DNA from: Nitrosopumilus sp.
Lineage (GTDB): Archaea > Thermoproteota > Nitrososphaeria > Nitrososphaerales > Nitrosopumilaceae
NCBI GenBank assembly: GCA_965214775.1
Contig: OZ243974.1
Location: 384,001-448,000 of the forward strand
DNA: 64,000 nt
Direction: 5' to 3'
Shown here: positions 41,252 through 52,163 of the stretch, one piece after another
Numbering within the stretch: the stretch's first letter is position 1
How the letters are laid out: each line of letters begins with the position of its first letter
The notes under the pieces: generated by a model
The model's input: the letters and a program-made list of their open reading frames with translations, nothing else
What the model was told of the DNA's origin: nothing
Databases searched by the model: none
Program-made: the position numbers and the translations under genes

Positions 41252-42894
41252 TTTGAACCAAGGGTTACGTCAACGCGAACTATTCTGTTCTCCGTGTTTG
41301 GGATGCTGGTGGGAGGGCCGTTCTGGTACACCTCGATGACGTCTCCGCTGCCGGGAGAGTCGGGATCTGTAAATTCAACCACCTTTACCACGTCGTTTTC
41401 CATCCTCAAACCGACGACCAATTCTACCCCTGTGTCGTCGTCGGGATCGTCGTTTATCGCACGAACCGAATAATACCCCGAATTATGATTCACCATATTG
41501 CATGCGTCCATGCTGTCTCTCTTCAGAACATCGTGTGAACCTGTATTATCCCAGTCAAACAAACACACCTTCATGCCGACAGGTGACACAAGCCTTCCCC
41601 CTGCATCAGTAATCCTGAAATTTCCATATACAAACAAATCATGATCATCTCCATGTGTGGCATGGGCCTCTGGTAAAAAATAGGAGGGGAGTACAAACAA
41701 CCCCGCCAATTCCGGGTACTTTTCAAAGAACTCCTCCAGGACATCCGGTGGAACATCCAGAGTTCCCGCCAGGTACTCCCTGATGTTCTCTGTGATGCCG
41801 AAAACTTCGAGCAATTCCTTCAGGGTCTGTACCGTACCGTTCTGCACGCTGTATTCCCTCTGGTCGCACTGGAACGTGTTGTATGTTACCATGTGCCTCT
41901 TCTGGTCGTAGGTGTATCCGTTCCATCGCTCGTCGGAGATGCACTCGCTTGGCTTCTCGACCTCGGCCCTGACATTCCGTTCCGAGTCAAAGAACCGTAT
42001 CATCTCCGTTCCGATGTGTCCTGTCTTGCCGTCAAAGTGGACGTACAGAGGATAGCCTCCGTAAAGTCCGATGCTTATTCCCAGCGTGTGTGCGTAACGA
42101 AGATCGCGTCTGGGATGGATGGGCTCGTCGATTCTCAGCGTAAAGTTCCCATGGTTATCTTCTATCTGGTTATATGGGTAGACGAGGAACCTTTTTGCCA
42201 GATCGTGGTCTGGTCGATACCTGTCCTGGCCAAAAATACCGTCTGTGTATCCCTCGGTCAACAAGTGCGCTCTCCTGTCGGTTCTGATCCCTATGACAAC
42301 TTGATCATAATCACTTCCGGTTGTTATCTGCCACCATGCGTTGCCGTCCTCGTCATCCCACGTGTTATTCAGACCCCAGCCATACGCCCACGGGTACCTC
42401 TCAAGGTTTGCCGGCGGATACTCATCGCCGTGCAGCTCGGAGAATGTCTTGAGGAACGACCACGTGTAATTTATGGTAAACGGCTGTCCCAGCTCGAATG
42501 TCTCCGGATAACTGAGGGTGGTCCACGGCTGCGTAAATATACGGGGTGCCACTGTGTCTGCATGGCCCTCGTGCAAAGGCGGGCCGTAAAGCGTCACCGT
42601 CTTTGTTTCTGATCTCCCGTAAGTGGCGTCGTCTGCAGTGGGATCAGTCCGTTCTTGTACATGGCTTGTGACCGCCGGCTGCCAGCCCATCCTCTGCGCT
42701 GTCTTGGTATACACGCACGCAGGGGAGCCGCCGTCGCGCATTACAAGAACCCTGTCGTGGCTGCACCGGATGTCCTCTGGAGAGACGCCGGCTGCAAGCT
42801 GCTTTAGCGGGGACGGTACCTCCGCGTATGTAGCTGCAGTGAAGGCCGTAGCCAGAACTAGAAAGAGTCCTGCTGCTGCAAAGCGTCTAATCAT
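41252..42894 (-). pseudogene. Secreted protein with thaumarchaeal N-terminal Cys motif, 3'-truncated by IS66
   Basis: MIRRFAAAG signal peptide, SPLKQLAAGV..IRC..GSPACV; the ORF runs into the IS66 IR. Confidence 0.75.
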
Positions 42895-42907
42895 GGCAGA
42901 ACTACGG

Positions 42908-43773
42908 TGTGTTATATGGAAATAATGTCCGCTATTCATTGATGTCCCTCTCCATCCATTTTGGGTCGGATTTCCTGATCGCTTCTGTGGCAGTTTTGTC
43001 CGAGAACGCCATGATGGGTGTCTGGCGGTGGGCTATGTCCAGCCCAAAGTGTAGCCTGCGCTCGTTGTAATACTTGATGTATGCATCCAAGCTCTCATAG
43101 TGGCGGATCTCAGCCTCTATGCTGCCGTGGAACCGTTCCAACTTGCCGTTGGTCTCCGGATGGTACGGCCTGGAGTTTATCAGCCCGATGCCCCGATCCA
43201 GCAGCTCGGCCTCAAAGGCAGTCGGCGTCCACGTCCCGCGTGGCATGTTCTTCTTGCTGCGGCCGCCGTTGAAACACCTGCCGTTGTCAGACAGTATGGT
43301 GGCCGGCTTGCCAAACCTGCCTATGGCCTCCCTGAGTGTTATCACCACGTTTTCTGATGTGGCATCTGCAAACGTCCGTGCCGCCGTGACACACCGGGAG
43401 GAATCGTCCAAAAACGTGACTAATTTGAGCCCTCTCAGGCGTGGATCCTTCATTTCGTGCCAGTCCACGTGCCACATTGCGTTGGAGTACTTGCGCTCAT
43501 AGCGCAGCCATTTCTTTTGGCCCGACTTGGTATCTGATGCGGCAACGAGTCCCTGCTCCTTCATTATCCGATATACGCTGTTGTAGCTTATAATGTGACC
43601 TGCATCCTGCAGGCGCATGGCAGTGCGCATCACGCCCACGTGCTCTATACAGTGCATGTCCAAGACTGCCTGCACCTGGCCTGCCGCGGGCTGCGGTGCG
43701 GCCTTTCTTCCAGCCTTTTGTTGCACATGCATCTTTCCGGTCCGGCGGTACCTGGCGTAAATCCTCCTCACGT
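42908..43773 (-). mobile_element. IS481-like element copy 2, 5' end removed at the ISH3 junction
   Basis: Transposase ORF 42932..43771 similar to 16753..17700; end TGTGTTATATGGAAAT at 42908. Confidence 0.88.
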
Positions 43774-45283
43774 CAGTAGTTCCTAGGTGTACTTTTGCAG
43801 ACTGCCTCCTGACACGGCACCACTGCCGCCGCTACTACTACTACTTTCCGCGATCGTTTACAAACGAGTCAGCTGCATCTGTAATGCACGCGGCAAACAA
43901 CATCATGGTAAAATCCTTGCCTCCCGCAAATCCGTCCCACTTGGATTCCACATCAATGAATATGGCAGTCCTCCAGAGATTGTACAGTATGAGGGGCATG
44001 TAGAATAACAACATCCTGACGACCGGCGAATTACTGCATGTCTTGCCCATTACTCCCTTGATCACCCTGAACCCGGTCTCGATTCCCCACCGCATGCGGT
44101 ACTCTTCTGGTATCTGAGCTATGACGTCCTCTACGCTTTTGGCAGGCATGTTGGTGGCAAAGACCAGGTATTCGTCTGCCGTTTCTTTTTTCTTTTCCTT
44201 CTTTTTTTCTGTGCATTCCTCTTTTGCTGTGTCATTGTTTTCATTTTCATTTTCATTTTCGTCTTCCTCCTCCTTTTTTACAATGACCAGCCTGAGCGTG
44301 ACGTTTTTGCCCTCCTTGTTAGTCATGGTATAGTCAGATATCGCGTCGCGCTTTTTATGGTGGTGCTCCTCTATTGCCGCCTTTATCCTCTTGTTCTTGG
44401 CGGCAGGCATGACGTAGAAGCCCTGGCTTTTGCCTGCAGCCACCATGCAGTTGACATTAAAGAATCCCCGGTCATACAGGAACATCCTGATCTTCGTCCC
44501 TGATCTGGACGCTTTGCGGATCATTTTAGGCACGAAATCGGCCAGTTTTGCATCTTTTGGAAGCTGCAGCGAGGAAAGCACGAGGTCTGAGCCGTCATCT
44601 GATCCTACTCCGTGCACGGTAATGTGCGAGAGAAAAGTAGACGTGCCGTTCTTGGGCTTTGACTTTCTGGCGACGTCCTTTAGGCCCTTGCCATAGTATT
44701 CGACGTCGGTGACATCCACTGCCACTACGTCCGTGTTGTGTAACATGCCGGACCTGCGGCCGTTTCTTACCGTGTGCTGTAGCATGGAGTTGCACCACCT
44801 TTGCATCCGATCCGGGCTGACGCTCCGGATGGTCTTTAAGATCCACTCCGGGTGGGGCGTACGGGAGCTGTATGCGCCGCCCTTCTTGGAGAAGGTAGCA
44901 GCAGCAGCAGCAGTAGTAGTAGCAGTCCCGCCGTCATGCTGCTGCTGCCTGCGGTATTTTGAGGCCTTCCTGCGAAGATGCGTCACGGCAGACCTGAAAA
45001 ACATCTTCCTATCAGACATGAGGCTTAGCACGCGCAGTACGTCGGCATGGCCGTACACCGCGTTGTGACTCTTTGAGACTGCCATTTCGAGCTTGTGGAA
45101 CCGCCGTCGCAATGTTTTAAACTGTCGTGATGCTATGTCATACTGGTGTGCAAACACATCGTTTTGTGTTGGTATCATCATGATGATGTTTGACACACCT
45201 TCTGATCTAAGATCGTAATGGTCAAAAAATCTCGGCAAATTACGTAATTATCGTGCCTTCAAAAGTACATCTGGGAACTACTG
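43774..45283 (-). mobile_element. ISH3/IS4-like element A, no matching TSD
   Basis: 23-bp IR CAGTAGTTCC(T/C)AG(G/A)TGTACTTTT. Confidence 0.85.
43841..45238 (-). CDS. ISH3-family transposase (start uncertain)
   Basis: VAVDVT, YDRGFF, YRMRWGIETGFR (YREK-like). Confidence 0.88.
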   Translation of the reverse strand: MPRFFDHYDLRSEGVSNIIMMIPTQNDVFAHQYDIASRQFKTLRRRFHKLEMAVSKSHNAVYGHADVLRVLSLMSDRKMFFRSAVTHLRRKASKYRRQQQHDGGTATTTAAAAATFSKKGGAYSSRTPHPEWILKTIRSVSPDRMQRWCNSMLQHTVRNGRRSGMLHNTDVVAVDVTDVEYYGKGLKDVARKSKPKNGTSTFLSHITVHGVGSDDGSDLVLSSLQLPKDAKLADFVPKMIRKASRSGTKIRMFLYDRGFFNVNCMVAAGKSQGFYVMPAAKNKRIKAAIEEHHHKKRDAISDYTMTNKEGKNVTLRLVIVKKEEEDENENENENNDTAKEECTEKKKEKKKETADEYLVFATNMPAKSVEDVIAQIPEEYRMRWGIETGFRVIKGVMGKTCSNSPVVRMLLFYMPLILYNLWRTAIFIDVESKWDGFAGGKDFTMMLFAACITDAADSFVNDRGK

Positions 45284-45606
45284 AAGCGGTTTTAACTGTT
45301 TAGTTTAGAGATTGTCAGTTGTGCTCCCTCAGTTTTGAGTTTCTCGTGGGCGTCAAAAAATTTATCGAAGTCTGCTTTCCATTCGATTTTTTTAGCTGTC
45401 ATCAGATTTAACCTCCGAGTTACTATTTATTAAGATATAGATGCCAATGATCAGATTTGAGTTGTATTTCATAATTATAATACATGAAATTAGTATAAAA
45501 GAACAGTATGAGGTCACCTGCCCCTAAATTATTTTGGCTGCCTCAACCATGATGGACTTGCCCTGCAGCTTCCATGTCGAGGTGCATGTGTTGAGCCATC
45601 CGTACC

Positions 45607-45762
45607 GTATGTGGTCACCTATCCCTTGCCGCCATTTCCACTCTGGTCATAAAACAGTGTAATTTTGTTCCAGTTTGATGTGCAGATTCATCATGCTTGG
45701 GTTAATTGAGAACTTTTCGTGCCTAGAGAGGAATAATGGTAAAAGGATAGGTGACCACATAC
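45607..45762. mobile_element. 156-bp MITE with family C ends
   Basis: 18-bp IR GTATGTGGTCACCTATCC/GGATAGGTGACCACATAC. Confidence 0.8.
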
Positions 45763-45774
45763 TACGATCCGGAT

Positions 45775-45865
45775 GTAAGAGTTTACCCCTCCCCCGAGAT
45801 ACGATGTGGCAGGCGTGACCATGAAGGCTCCGGCCAGCAGTACAGCCTGAGGGGTAAACTCTTAC
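45775..45865. mobile_element. 91-bp MITE (family B)
   Basis: IR GTAAGAGTTTACCC/GGGTAAACTCTTAC; 8-bp TSD ATCCGGAT. Confidence 0.92.
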
Positions 45866-46204
45866 ATCCGGATAGTTTGTTGCATAACCCTTCCTAAAAT
45901 TTGAAATCTGACTGAAAATCACCAAAATGATCAACTAATCCTTACCGAAAAAGTGATGGATCATGAGGATGCCTCGTATGGTATACATTGACACAAACAG
46001 ACAATGCAAAGTACGTAGAGGGGGGCAGGCCTGGTCGTCAGGCACAACCCGGCCTGGGAGAAGGATCTCAAGGATGCCAACTGCCACAAGGAGGGGGGGT
46101 TGTCCCGTTCCTGTATGCCAGCTTGTTGCATGACCACACCTAAGCGCGTAAAAACAGCCAATCTTGTGCCTGAAATCAGGGTTATTTATGAAACAGTCTA
46201 GTTT

Positions 46205-47450
46205 CAGTAGTTCCGATTGTGACCCCGGCCTGCCCTAGCCCGGATCGGGGGGCTTTTTGTTCCATGGTCTCATACACCATCTTATAATCCGGGCAAGCAG
46301 CACCTTGAGCTTGATCTTCTTTTTTTTGCACCATGATCTTGCGATCATCCAGATGTTAGACATTCCAAGCGACAGGTAGAACAGTATGAGTCTTATGGCA
46401 TCGTTCCGACTGCAGGTGCGCGGCATGGCCCTCTTGACGTCCCGGTATCCGGTCTCTATTCCCCACCTCTTGCGGTACTCCTCGGGAAGCTCAAACAAAT
46501 CCTCCGGCATGCAGTTGGTCATGTTGGTGACAAAGGCGATGTGGAACTTTTTCTTGTTTTTATCCTCCCTTTCCAGTATTATCAGGTTGCATCTTATCTT
46601 GCTGCTGCCAGAGGATATGGTATACTTGCTGACTGCATCCCTGTGCCCGTCTATGTGCTCCTGTATGGCCCTCTCAACTCCCTTGGTGCATACTGCAGGA
46701 GTCATGAACCGCAATCCTGCATTATTTATCGTGTTGAGTACGTCAACTGAGTAAAACTCCTTGTCCATCAGGACCATCTGCGGCCTGATGTGCATTCTCT
46801 TGATGGTTTGCAGCAATTTACGCACGAATTCGGGGTTAAACGCGTCCCTGGTCACCGGAAGGCACGCAAGGTGCGTCTGGTGCTTTTGTCCTACTGTTCT
46901 TGCAGTGATGTATGCCTCAGCCGTGCGGGTGCCCGGCCCCCTGTACTTTATCTTGTGGGTCATGTCCGGATTGCGGTCGTACCGCGGGATCTTGGTCTTG
47001 TCGATGGCTATGATCGGGGATTTTCCAATCAGGCCACCTTTGATGGAGTCTGTGACGGTCCTGCGCAGGATCTTGTCGGCCCTCTTGTGCATCGTCTCAT
47101 AGTCCACCTGGCCCAGCTTGCCAAGCAGCCAGTCGGCGCCGGGGCTGCGGCCTGCAGAGTCCCGGAGTATCTCTGCGGCCTGTTCTGCGCACATGCGCTC
47201 CTTGGACATCGTTGCCAGAAGCGCAGCTGCATCCGTTTCATCGTATATTGCGTTGTGTCTGTCAGAGAACTTCATGCCTACTGCCGAGACGGCGTTCTGG
47301 AACATCTTGCGCTCCCTGTGTCCGTACGGCTTTTGAGCGGCCCTGGCACTTTTTGTCATGGAGAAATTGCTAAAAGTTCCCCCTATAGATCCAAGTGATC
47401 ATAAAAATCTGTCAATTTGCCTTATTTTCAGGCCACAATCGGAACTACTG
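46205..47450 (-). mobile_element. ISH3-family element B, complete
   Basis: 17-bp IR CAGTAGTTCCGATTGTG; 5-bp TSD AGTTT. Confidence 0.92.
46235..47359 (-). CDS. ISH3-family transposase
   Basis: IAIDKT, MDKEFY, YRKRWGIETGYR. Confidence 0.9.
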   Translation of the reverse strand: MTKSARAAQKPYGHRERKMFQNAVSAVGMKFSDRHNAIYDETDAAALLATMSKERMCAEQAAEILRDSAGRSPGADWLLGKLGQVDYETMHKRADKILRRTVTDSIKGGLIGKSPIIAIDKTKIPRYDRNPDMTHKIKYRGPGTRTAEAYITARTVGQKHQTHLACLPVTRDAFNPEFVRKLLQTIKRMHIRPQMVLMDKEFYSVDVLNTINNAGLRFMTPAVCTKGVERAIQEHIDGHRDAVSKYTISSGSSKIRCNLIILEREDKNKKKFHIAFVTNMTNCMPEDLFELPEEYRKRWGIETGYRDVKRAMPRTCSRNDAIRLILFYLSLGMSNIWMIARSWCKKKKIKLKVLLARIIRWCMRPWNKKPPDPG

Positions 47451-47536
47451 AGTTTTAGGGTTCGGTTAACTTGAGTTGCCTTTTTCTTCTGTAAAGATAG
47501 GCCGCTTTAATCCCTCTTGATCACAAGGAGAATCAG

Positions 47537-49201
47537 TCATCCTGCCCGCTTTGATATTTTGGCATGATCAGGATCCAAATCCCTCCAGACTACATCATAG
47601 CCCATCCTTGATAACAAGTCAGCATGACACGAATCAGGGATTGCCTGTGATGCCAGTATCTTGCATGCCTCAGCAAACGCAGAAACTCCCTCAAGACCAG
47701 GTTCCAGTGAATTGATCATCTTTTTGGAGATCAGATGTCTTTCTGCAACAACATACTCATCTGGATAATCCCTCAGAATAATCTTCAACGCTGCCTCCTC
47801 GGGCAAAGAGTTGTCCAGGGCAACCTGCCTTACGGAAATCAAATCCGGATTCTTTTCATCGAGTCTTATCTTGACATGGCTTTTTTCTTTGAGAATCCTT
47901 GCATCGATTTTTTTTAGATGTTCCAAGATAGGCTTGATTGAAACATCCTTTTGGAAGGTAAAAATCCTATCCTTGGAAATTGCTTCAATCTGTGATGAAC
48001 ATGACAGTTCGGAGTTTACTGCAACCAACAAATCCACATTTTCGTTGTTATTGCCAAGCAGCGCTTCCAATTTGGCAGCCTTTCTCTCAAGATAGTCCTT
48101 TGTCCAAAAACCCACAATTTCAAAATATACCTTATGCCCAAACCGCTCAAAGAGAAAGTCAGGAATCATGGCCTTGCCATCTGCAATCAACGGATCAGGC
48201 TCCCTGGAAATTTTCCAGCCAAACCTGTCATTTTGATCAAAGTGCTGATTGAATCTCCTTGCAAATGCAGCTTCTGTGGAACTATCATAAACATAACTGT
48301 CATCATTTTGAAATGGCGAATCTGTTATTGATCCAAGAAATTCCCGAGTGCTTTCACTTGATAGTTCAAACGAATATATCTTTTGGCCGTCCTCTGTTCT
48401 TCTCACTATGGAGCCACTGATTTTCCATGCAGGCGTGCCTACAATTGATGGCAGCAACTTGGCAATTGATGTGCCGTATCTGTCAGTCATTTTGAAAAGG
48501 CTGAGCGGTCCTTCCAAGACACATTTGACGGAGTTTTCTTCCCCTCTGCTGCCCTCTGGGTTGTTTTTTGTGTGATATTCCAGACTGTACATCAGCCCAT
48601 ATTTCTTGACATTACGCAAAACCTGCTTCCAATGCAACCCGCCTTTGACATGGAATTCTAGCTTTGTACACTTGAAGAGAAGTGTCTGAAATAACGAAAG
48701 ATTGTACCACAAGATCAGATTCTTGGCAGTAATTACATCAAACTGGGCAAGTACAAGATTCTCATCTTTGTCACCCCACATGATAGTCTCGATCTCCTCT
48801 GAGGAAACATGCATCTGCCTTGCAACATCCTGTATAATGCCCTGTCTCTGGGAACCAGACAAGGCCCAACCCTGCCTTGAGGATTCCTCAAATAATTTCT
48901 GCCTTATGAGCGTCGGCGTGGCGTTAGATGAATTTGCGTCCAGCTGTACAAAAACAGAGCGTCTCTCCAACAACGTAAAAAATCCGCGTACCAGCTTGTA
49001 ATCATATTCAGATTCAAGAGATTCCATCTTTTGCAGTAAATCCCCCTTGCATTGCTTGTCTTTTTGCGCATTCGTAAAAAACACAATTAGTTTGTCTGCA
49101 AGCTCATAATCAGCACCGCCATTATCAAAATCAGCAGTACAAAACAAAGGAGTCATCCTGCCCCTGTTAATCTTGATCCGTAGCAGTTCAGATGAAAGCA
49201 T
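47537..49201 (-). CDS. bax1: Bax1/DUF790 nuclease
   Basis: LEGPLSLF..TDRYG, IPDF...FEIVGFWTKDYLERK; downstream of XPB. Confidence 0.88.
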   Translation of the reverse strand: MLSSELLRIKINRGRMTPLFCTADFDNGGADYELADKLIVFFTNAQKDKQCKGDLLQKMESLESEYDYKLVRGFFTLLERRSVFVQLDANSSNATPTLIRQKLFEESSRQGWALSGSQRQGIIQDVARQMHVSSEEIETIMWGDKDENLVLAQFDVITAKNLILWYNLSLFQTLLFKCTKLEFHVKGGLHWKQVLRNVKKYGLMYSLEYHTKNNPEGSRGEENSVKCVLEGPLSLFKMTDRYGTSIAKLLPSIVGTPAWKISGSIVRRTEDGQKIYSFELSSESTREFLGSITDSPFQNDDSYVYDSSTEAAFARRFNQHFDQNDRFGWKISREPDPLIADGKAMIPDFLFERFGHKVYFEIVGFWTKDYLERKAAKLEALLGNNNENVDLLVAVNSELSCSSQIEAISKDRIFTFQKDVSIKPILEHLKKIDARILKEKSHVKIRLDEKNPDLISVRQVALDNSLPEEAALKIILRDYPDEYVVAERHLISKKMINSLEPGLEGVSAFAEACKILASQAIPDSCHADLLSRMGYDVVWRDLDPDHAKISKRAG

Positions 49202-49248
49202 CAGTGCATGACTCCGATTATTTTTTTTATCTTATCATACATTGCCAG

Positions 49249-50697
49249 TCATGCTCCATATGATGAATCAGTGTAATTGTCAGCAGAATTTTTTCTCAGG
49301 GAGGTTATTCTTTTTGCACTGGTGCTGGTTTCCCTAGTATGTTTTGATACCAATTCAACCAGCCTGGCCTTCCTGCCATCCTTTTTTGGCCTCAGAATCC
49401 TGCCCAGTCTTTGAATTAGTTCCCTTCCACTGCCAGTCCCGCTCATAATTATGCCCAATGCAGCATCAGGAACGTCTACTCCCTCATCTAGGACCCGGGA
49501 AGTGACTATTGCGTTGTATCTGCCGGATTTGAAGCCTTCTAGGACGTCTCGTCTTTCATCTTTTGCAGTCCTGTAAGTAATGTGTGGAATCAGAAACCTG
49601 TTTGAAAGATCATAAACCATCTTGTTGTTTTGGGTAAAAATTATTGTCTTTGTGTCCTTGTTTTGTTGCAGTATTTTTTGCAATTCATTTACTTTTGACT
49701 TGCTGTTTAGCGCAATCTCGTTTGCTTTGTTTCTTGCAAGCATTGCTTCCCTTGCAACCTTGTTTTTGTTTGACATCATGATTAATCGCTTGAGGTTGTA
49801 CATGGTTGGAACTTTGAATCCCAACTGTCTAAAATTTGTTAGAAATTTGGAATGGCTGATTTCATACTGTTCCTGTTCTTCTTGAGTGAGATTGACCTGT
49901 ATTCTGTCAATGACATATTCTGCCAAATGTTTTCGGTTTGATAACTCTTGTGAGCCAAGACGAAACACGACTCCGCCCGTAAGATACGGGATCAACTCAT
50001 GCAGTTTGTCTTCTCTTTCTATTGTGGCAGTCAGGCCCAGCCTGTATGGAGCAATGAACTGTTCTGCAATTAGGCGATATCCCGGGGCCGGAAGATGGTG
50101 GACTTCGTCGAAAATAATCAACTTGAACCGGTTTCCAATGGAAGGCGCCCGAATATACGCAGAGTCATAAGTGGCTATGGTAATTGCCTGTATGTTATCA
50201 TCTCCCCCGCCCAGTTTTCCAACAGAAATGTTTTGATTCGGATTGTTGTTGTCGCTATTTGTCAGATATTTGGAGATGTTGTTTTCCCATTGTTCCATCA
50301 AGTCAATTGTTGGGACCACCACCAAGGTTGAGGCATTTACTGCCTGAATTGCCCTGATTCCAATGGCGGTCTTTCCAGCACCGGTAGGCAGGATAACACA
50401 TCCTTTCATGGAGGATTTTTTCCAGTTTTGTATGGCTTGCTGCTGATAGTCACGTAATTCTAAATTTGTCATTTGTAATGTTGGCATATAGACAAAATCA
50501 GGCACAAAATCATCAAAGTCCAGATCACTGTTTTTCAGATATTGAACTATCTCCGAATAATAAAGCCCGTAAGATCTTAAGGATTTAGCTCTGTTATCAT
50601 ATTTTGTATTTGGAATTCCAATTAGATTGCCATCATCAATGCGAATGGAGCCTTTTTCAAAGAAGAGTTTGGGTTTTGATGTTGGATTTGATGACAA
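49249..50697 (-). CDS. xpb: XPB/Rad25-like SF2 helicase
   Basis: LPTGAGKT, DEVHH, GLTAT, QRLGRILR. Confidence 0.9.
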   Translation of the reverse strand: MSSNPTSKPKLFFEKGSIRIDDGNLIGIPNTKYDNRAKSLRSYGLYYSEIVQYLKNSDLDFDDFVPDFVYMPTLQMTNLELRDYQQQAIQNWKKSSMKGCVILPTGAGKTAIGIRAIQAVNASTLVVVPTIDLMEQWENNISKYLTNSDNNNPNQNISVGKLGGGDDNIQAITIATYDSAYIRAPSIGNRFKLIIFDEVHHLPAPGYRLIAEQFIAPYRLGLTATIEREDKLHELIPYLTGGVVFRLGSQELSNRKHLAEYVIDRIQVNLTQEEQEQYEISHSKFLTNFRQLGFKVPTMYNLKRLIMMSNKNKVAREAMLARNKANEIALNSKSKVNELQKILQQNKDTKTIIFTQNNKMVYDLSNRFLIPHITYRTAKDERRDVLEGFKSGRYNAIVTSRVLDEGVDVPDAALGIIMSGTGSGRELIQRLGRILRPKKDGRKARLVELVSKHTRETSTSAKRITSLRKNSADNYTDSSYGA

Positions 50698-51084
50698 TCT
50701 TATTCCTCTCTTGCAGATATTGTTATAATCATTTTTTGATCGTTGAAAACAATGTACTGGTCAATAAATAAACAAGTTGGCTATTTTTTATAATATCGGT
50801 TCATTTTAGATCCAAATAAAAAAGAGAGATAGTGTGCCTCCTATTTCTTGGCAATATGCCGGCTTTGGCTAGTCGATTTTCACTATAAAAAGAAGCGAGT
50901 CGCATTGAATCGCCTTCACCTGATTCTAGCATAACCAATGATGCAGCAGTCCTTTGGAAACTTTCTAGTCTCTCGAACTTGCTTGAAGTTGTTTTAATGG
51001 TTGCAAAAATGGCGGCCATAAAAATGGCTAGTTGCAATGTTTAACCATTAATCAGATTCCACAATACAATTAATTAATCAATTA

Positions 51085-51160
51085 GACTTTATGCGTGATT
51101 GGTACAGATCAAAAAAACCAGGCAGTTTTTACATCATTTTTGGCAAATACGCATAAAGTC
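51085..51160. mobile_element. 76-bp MITE (family F), flanked by TA
   Basis: IR GACTTTATGCGT/ACGCATAAAGTC; second copy at 51957-52030. Confidence 0.75.
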
Positions 51161-51265
51161 TACTTTATCTGCCTCTGGTATGACCATAAAATAATCGATC
51201 ATAATTTTGGCGCATGTGTTTGTTTCGATAAAAAAATATTCGATTTTCAACTGTGCTCACTGTTA

Positions 51266-51361
51266 GTGCCGTCTTTTTCATTGTTTTTCTTGATCGGTAC
51301 AAGGCAAAGCGCTCCTTGGCTTTTCTTAAAACATTAGACGAACCTAATTTTTGTACAAGCA
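51266..51361 (-). mobile_element. Left-end remnant of an IS481-like element
   Basis: Reverse complement resembles 16672-16770 (aaattaggttcg...MKKTAL). Confidence 0.75.
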
Positions 51362-51373
51362 TTACGCTGACAA

Positions 51374-51464
51374 GTAGGAGTTTGCCCCTACCACGAAATA
51401 CGGCACAGCAGGCGTGATCATGAAGGCTCCGGCCAGCAGTTTCGCCTGAGGGGCAAACTCTTAC
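51374..51464. mobile_element. 91-bp MITE (family B)
   Basis: IR GTAGGAGTTTGCCCCT/AGGGGCAAACTCTTAC; 9-bp direct repeat CGCTGACAA. Confidence 0.9.
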
Positions 51465-51956
51465 CGCTGACAATCTTTAAACAATTATAAACAATCAAAA
51501 TATTATCAGTACATGTCAAACAACCCTGCCTATGGACTGTGGACAACGGATGAAACAAACTGGTCACAAGACGATACTGATTTCATCCGAGAAGCTCTTG
51601 GCCAATTAAGCAATGGATCTCCAACGTCATACGAAGAACTAGAACAACAAAATGAAGCAAAACTAAAGTAAGGGGTTTTGTTTTCAGTTGGACATCAGAT
51701 ACAAACTGCCGGTATTTACTGCCAAGTTTGAGAAGGAATCATACACTCGTGGTGCAATCGTATTACTTTGTATGAATAATATTCGTAATTTCTCGGATAT
51801 TAAATCTATGAAAAACATATCAAGATGCGTAATGATGGATGATGACATTTATTTTACATACAACGCAGTATGTAAGTTATACTTCAAACATCACCCTGCT
51901 GAAAACAATGTGACACTGATGGACTATCAGTTCAACAATCATGACTTTTAGCATTA

Positions 51957-52030
51957 GGCTTTGCATAGTCGGCACAGATCAAAAAAACCAGGCAGTTTTT
52001 ACATCATTTTTGGCAAATACGCATAAAGTC
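51957..52030. mobile_element. MITE (family F), second copy
   Basis: About 60 bp nearly identical to 51101-51160; TA on both sides. Confidence 0.7.
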
Positions 52031-52163
52031 TACCATATCAACGAGCAGAAATAATTGAGGTTTTTTACGTGTAGTTATGACCTCAGTCTTCCTAGGTGTA
52101 CACGACTCGTGTCGGTGGAGACGACGATGTGCGGATCTGCAGGAAGTCTAGTTTGAACTGTTT

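Noticed and set aside
45292-45402. 36-aa minus-strand ORF (MTAKKIEWKADF...) with an upstream TATA-like box
   Set aside because: Too short to support; it may be a remnant beside the ISH3 junction
43774-47450. Composite ISH3 transposon
   Set aside because: The two elements are divergent and element B has its own 5-bp TSD
47537-50697. Helicase-nuclease pair as a new defence system
   Set aside because: Matches the known archaeal XPB-Bax1 pair
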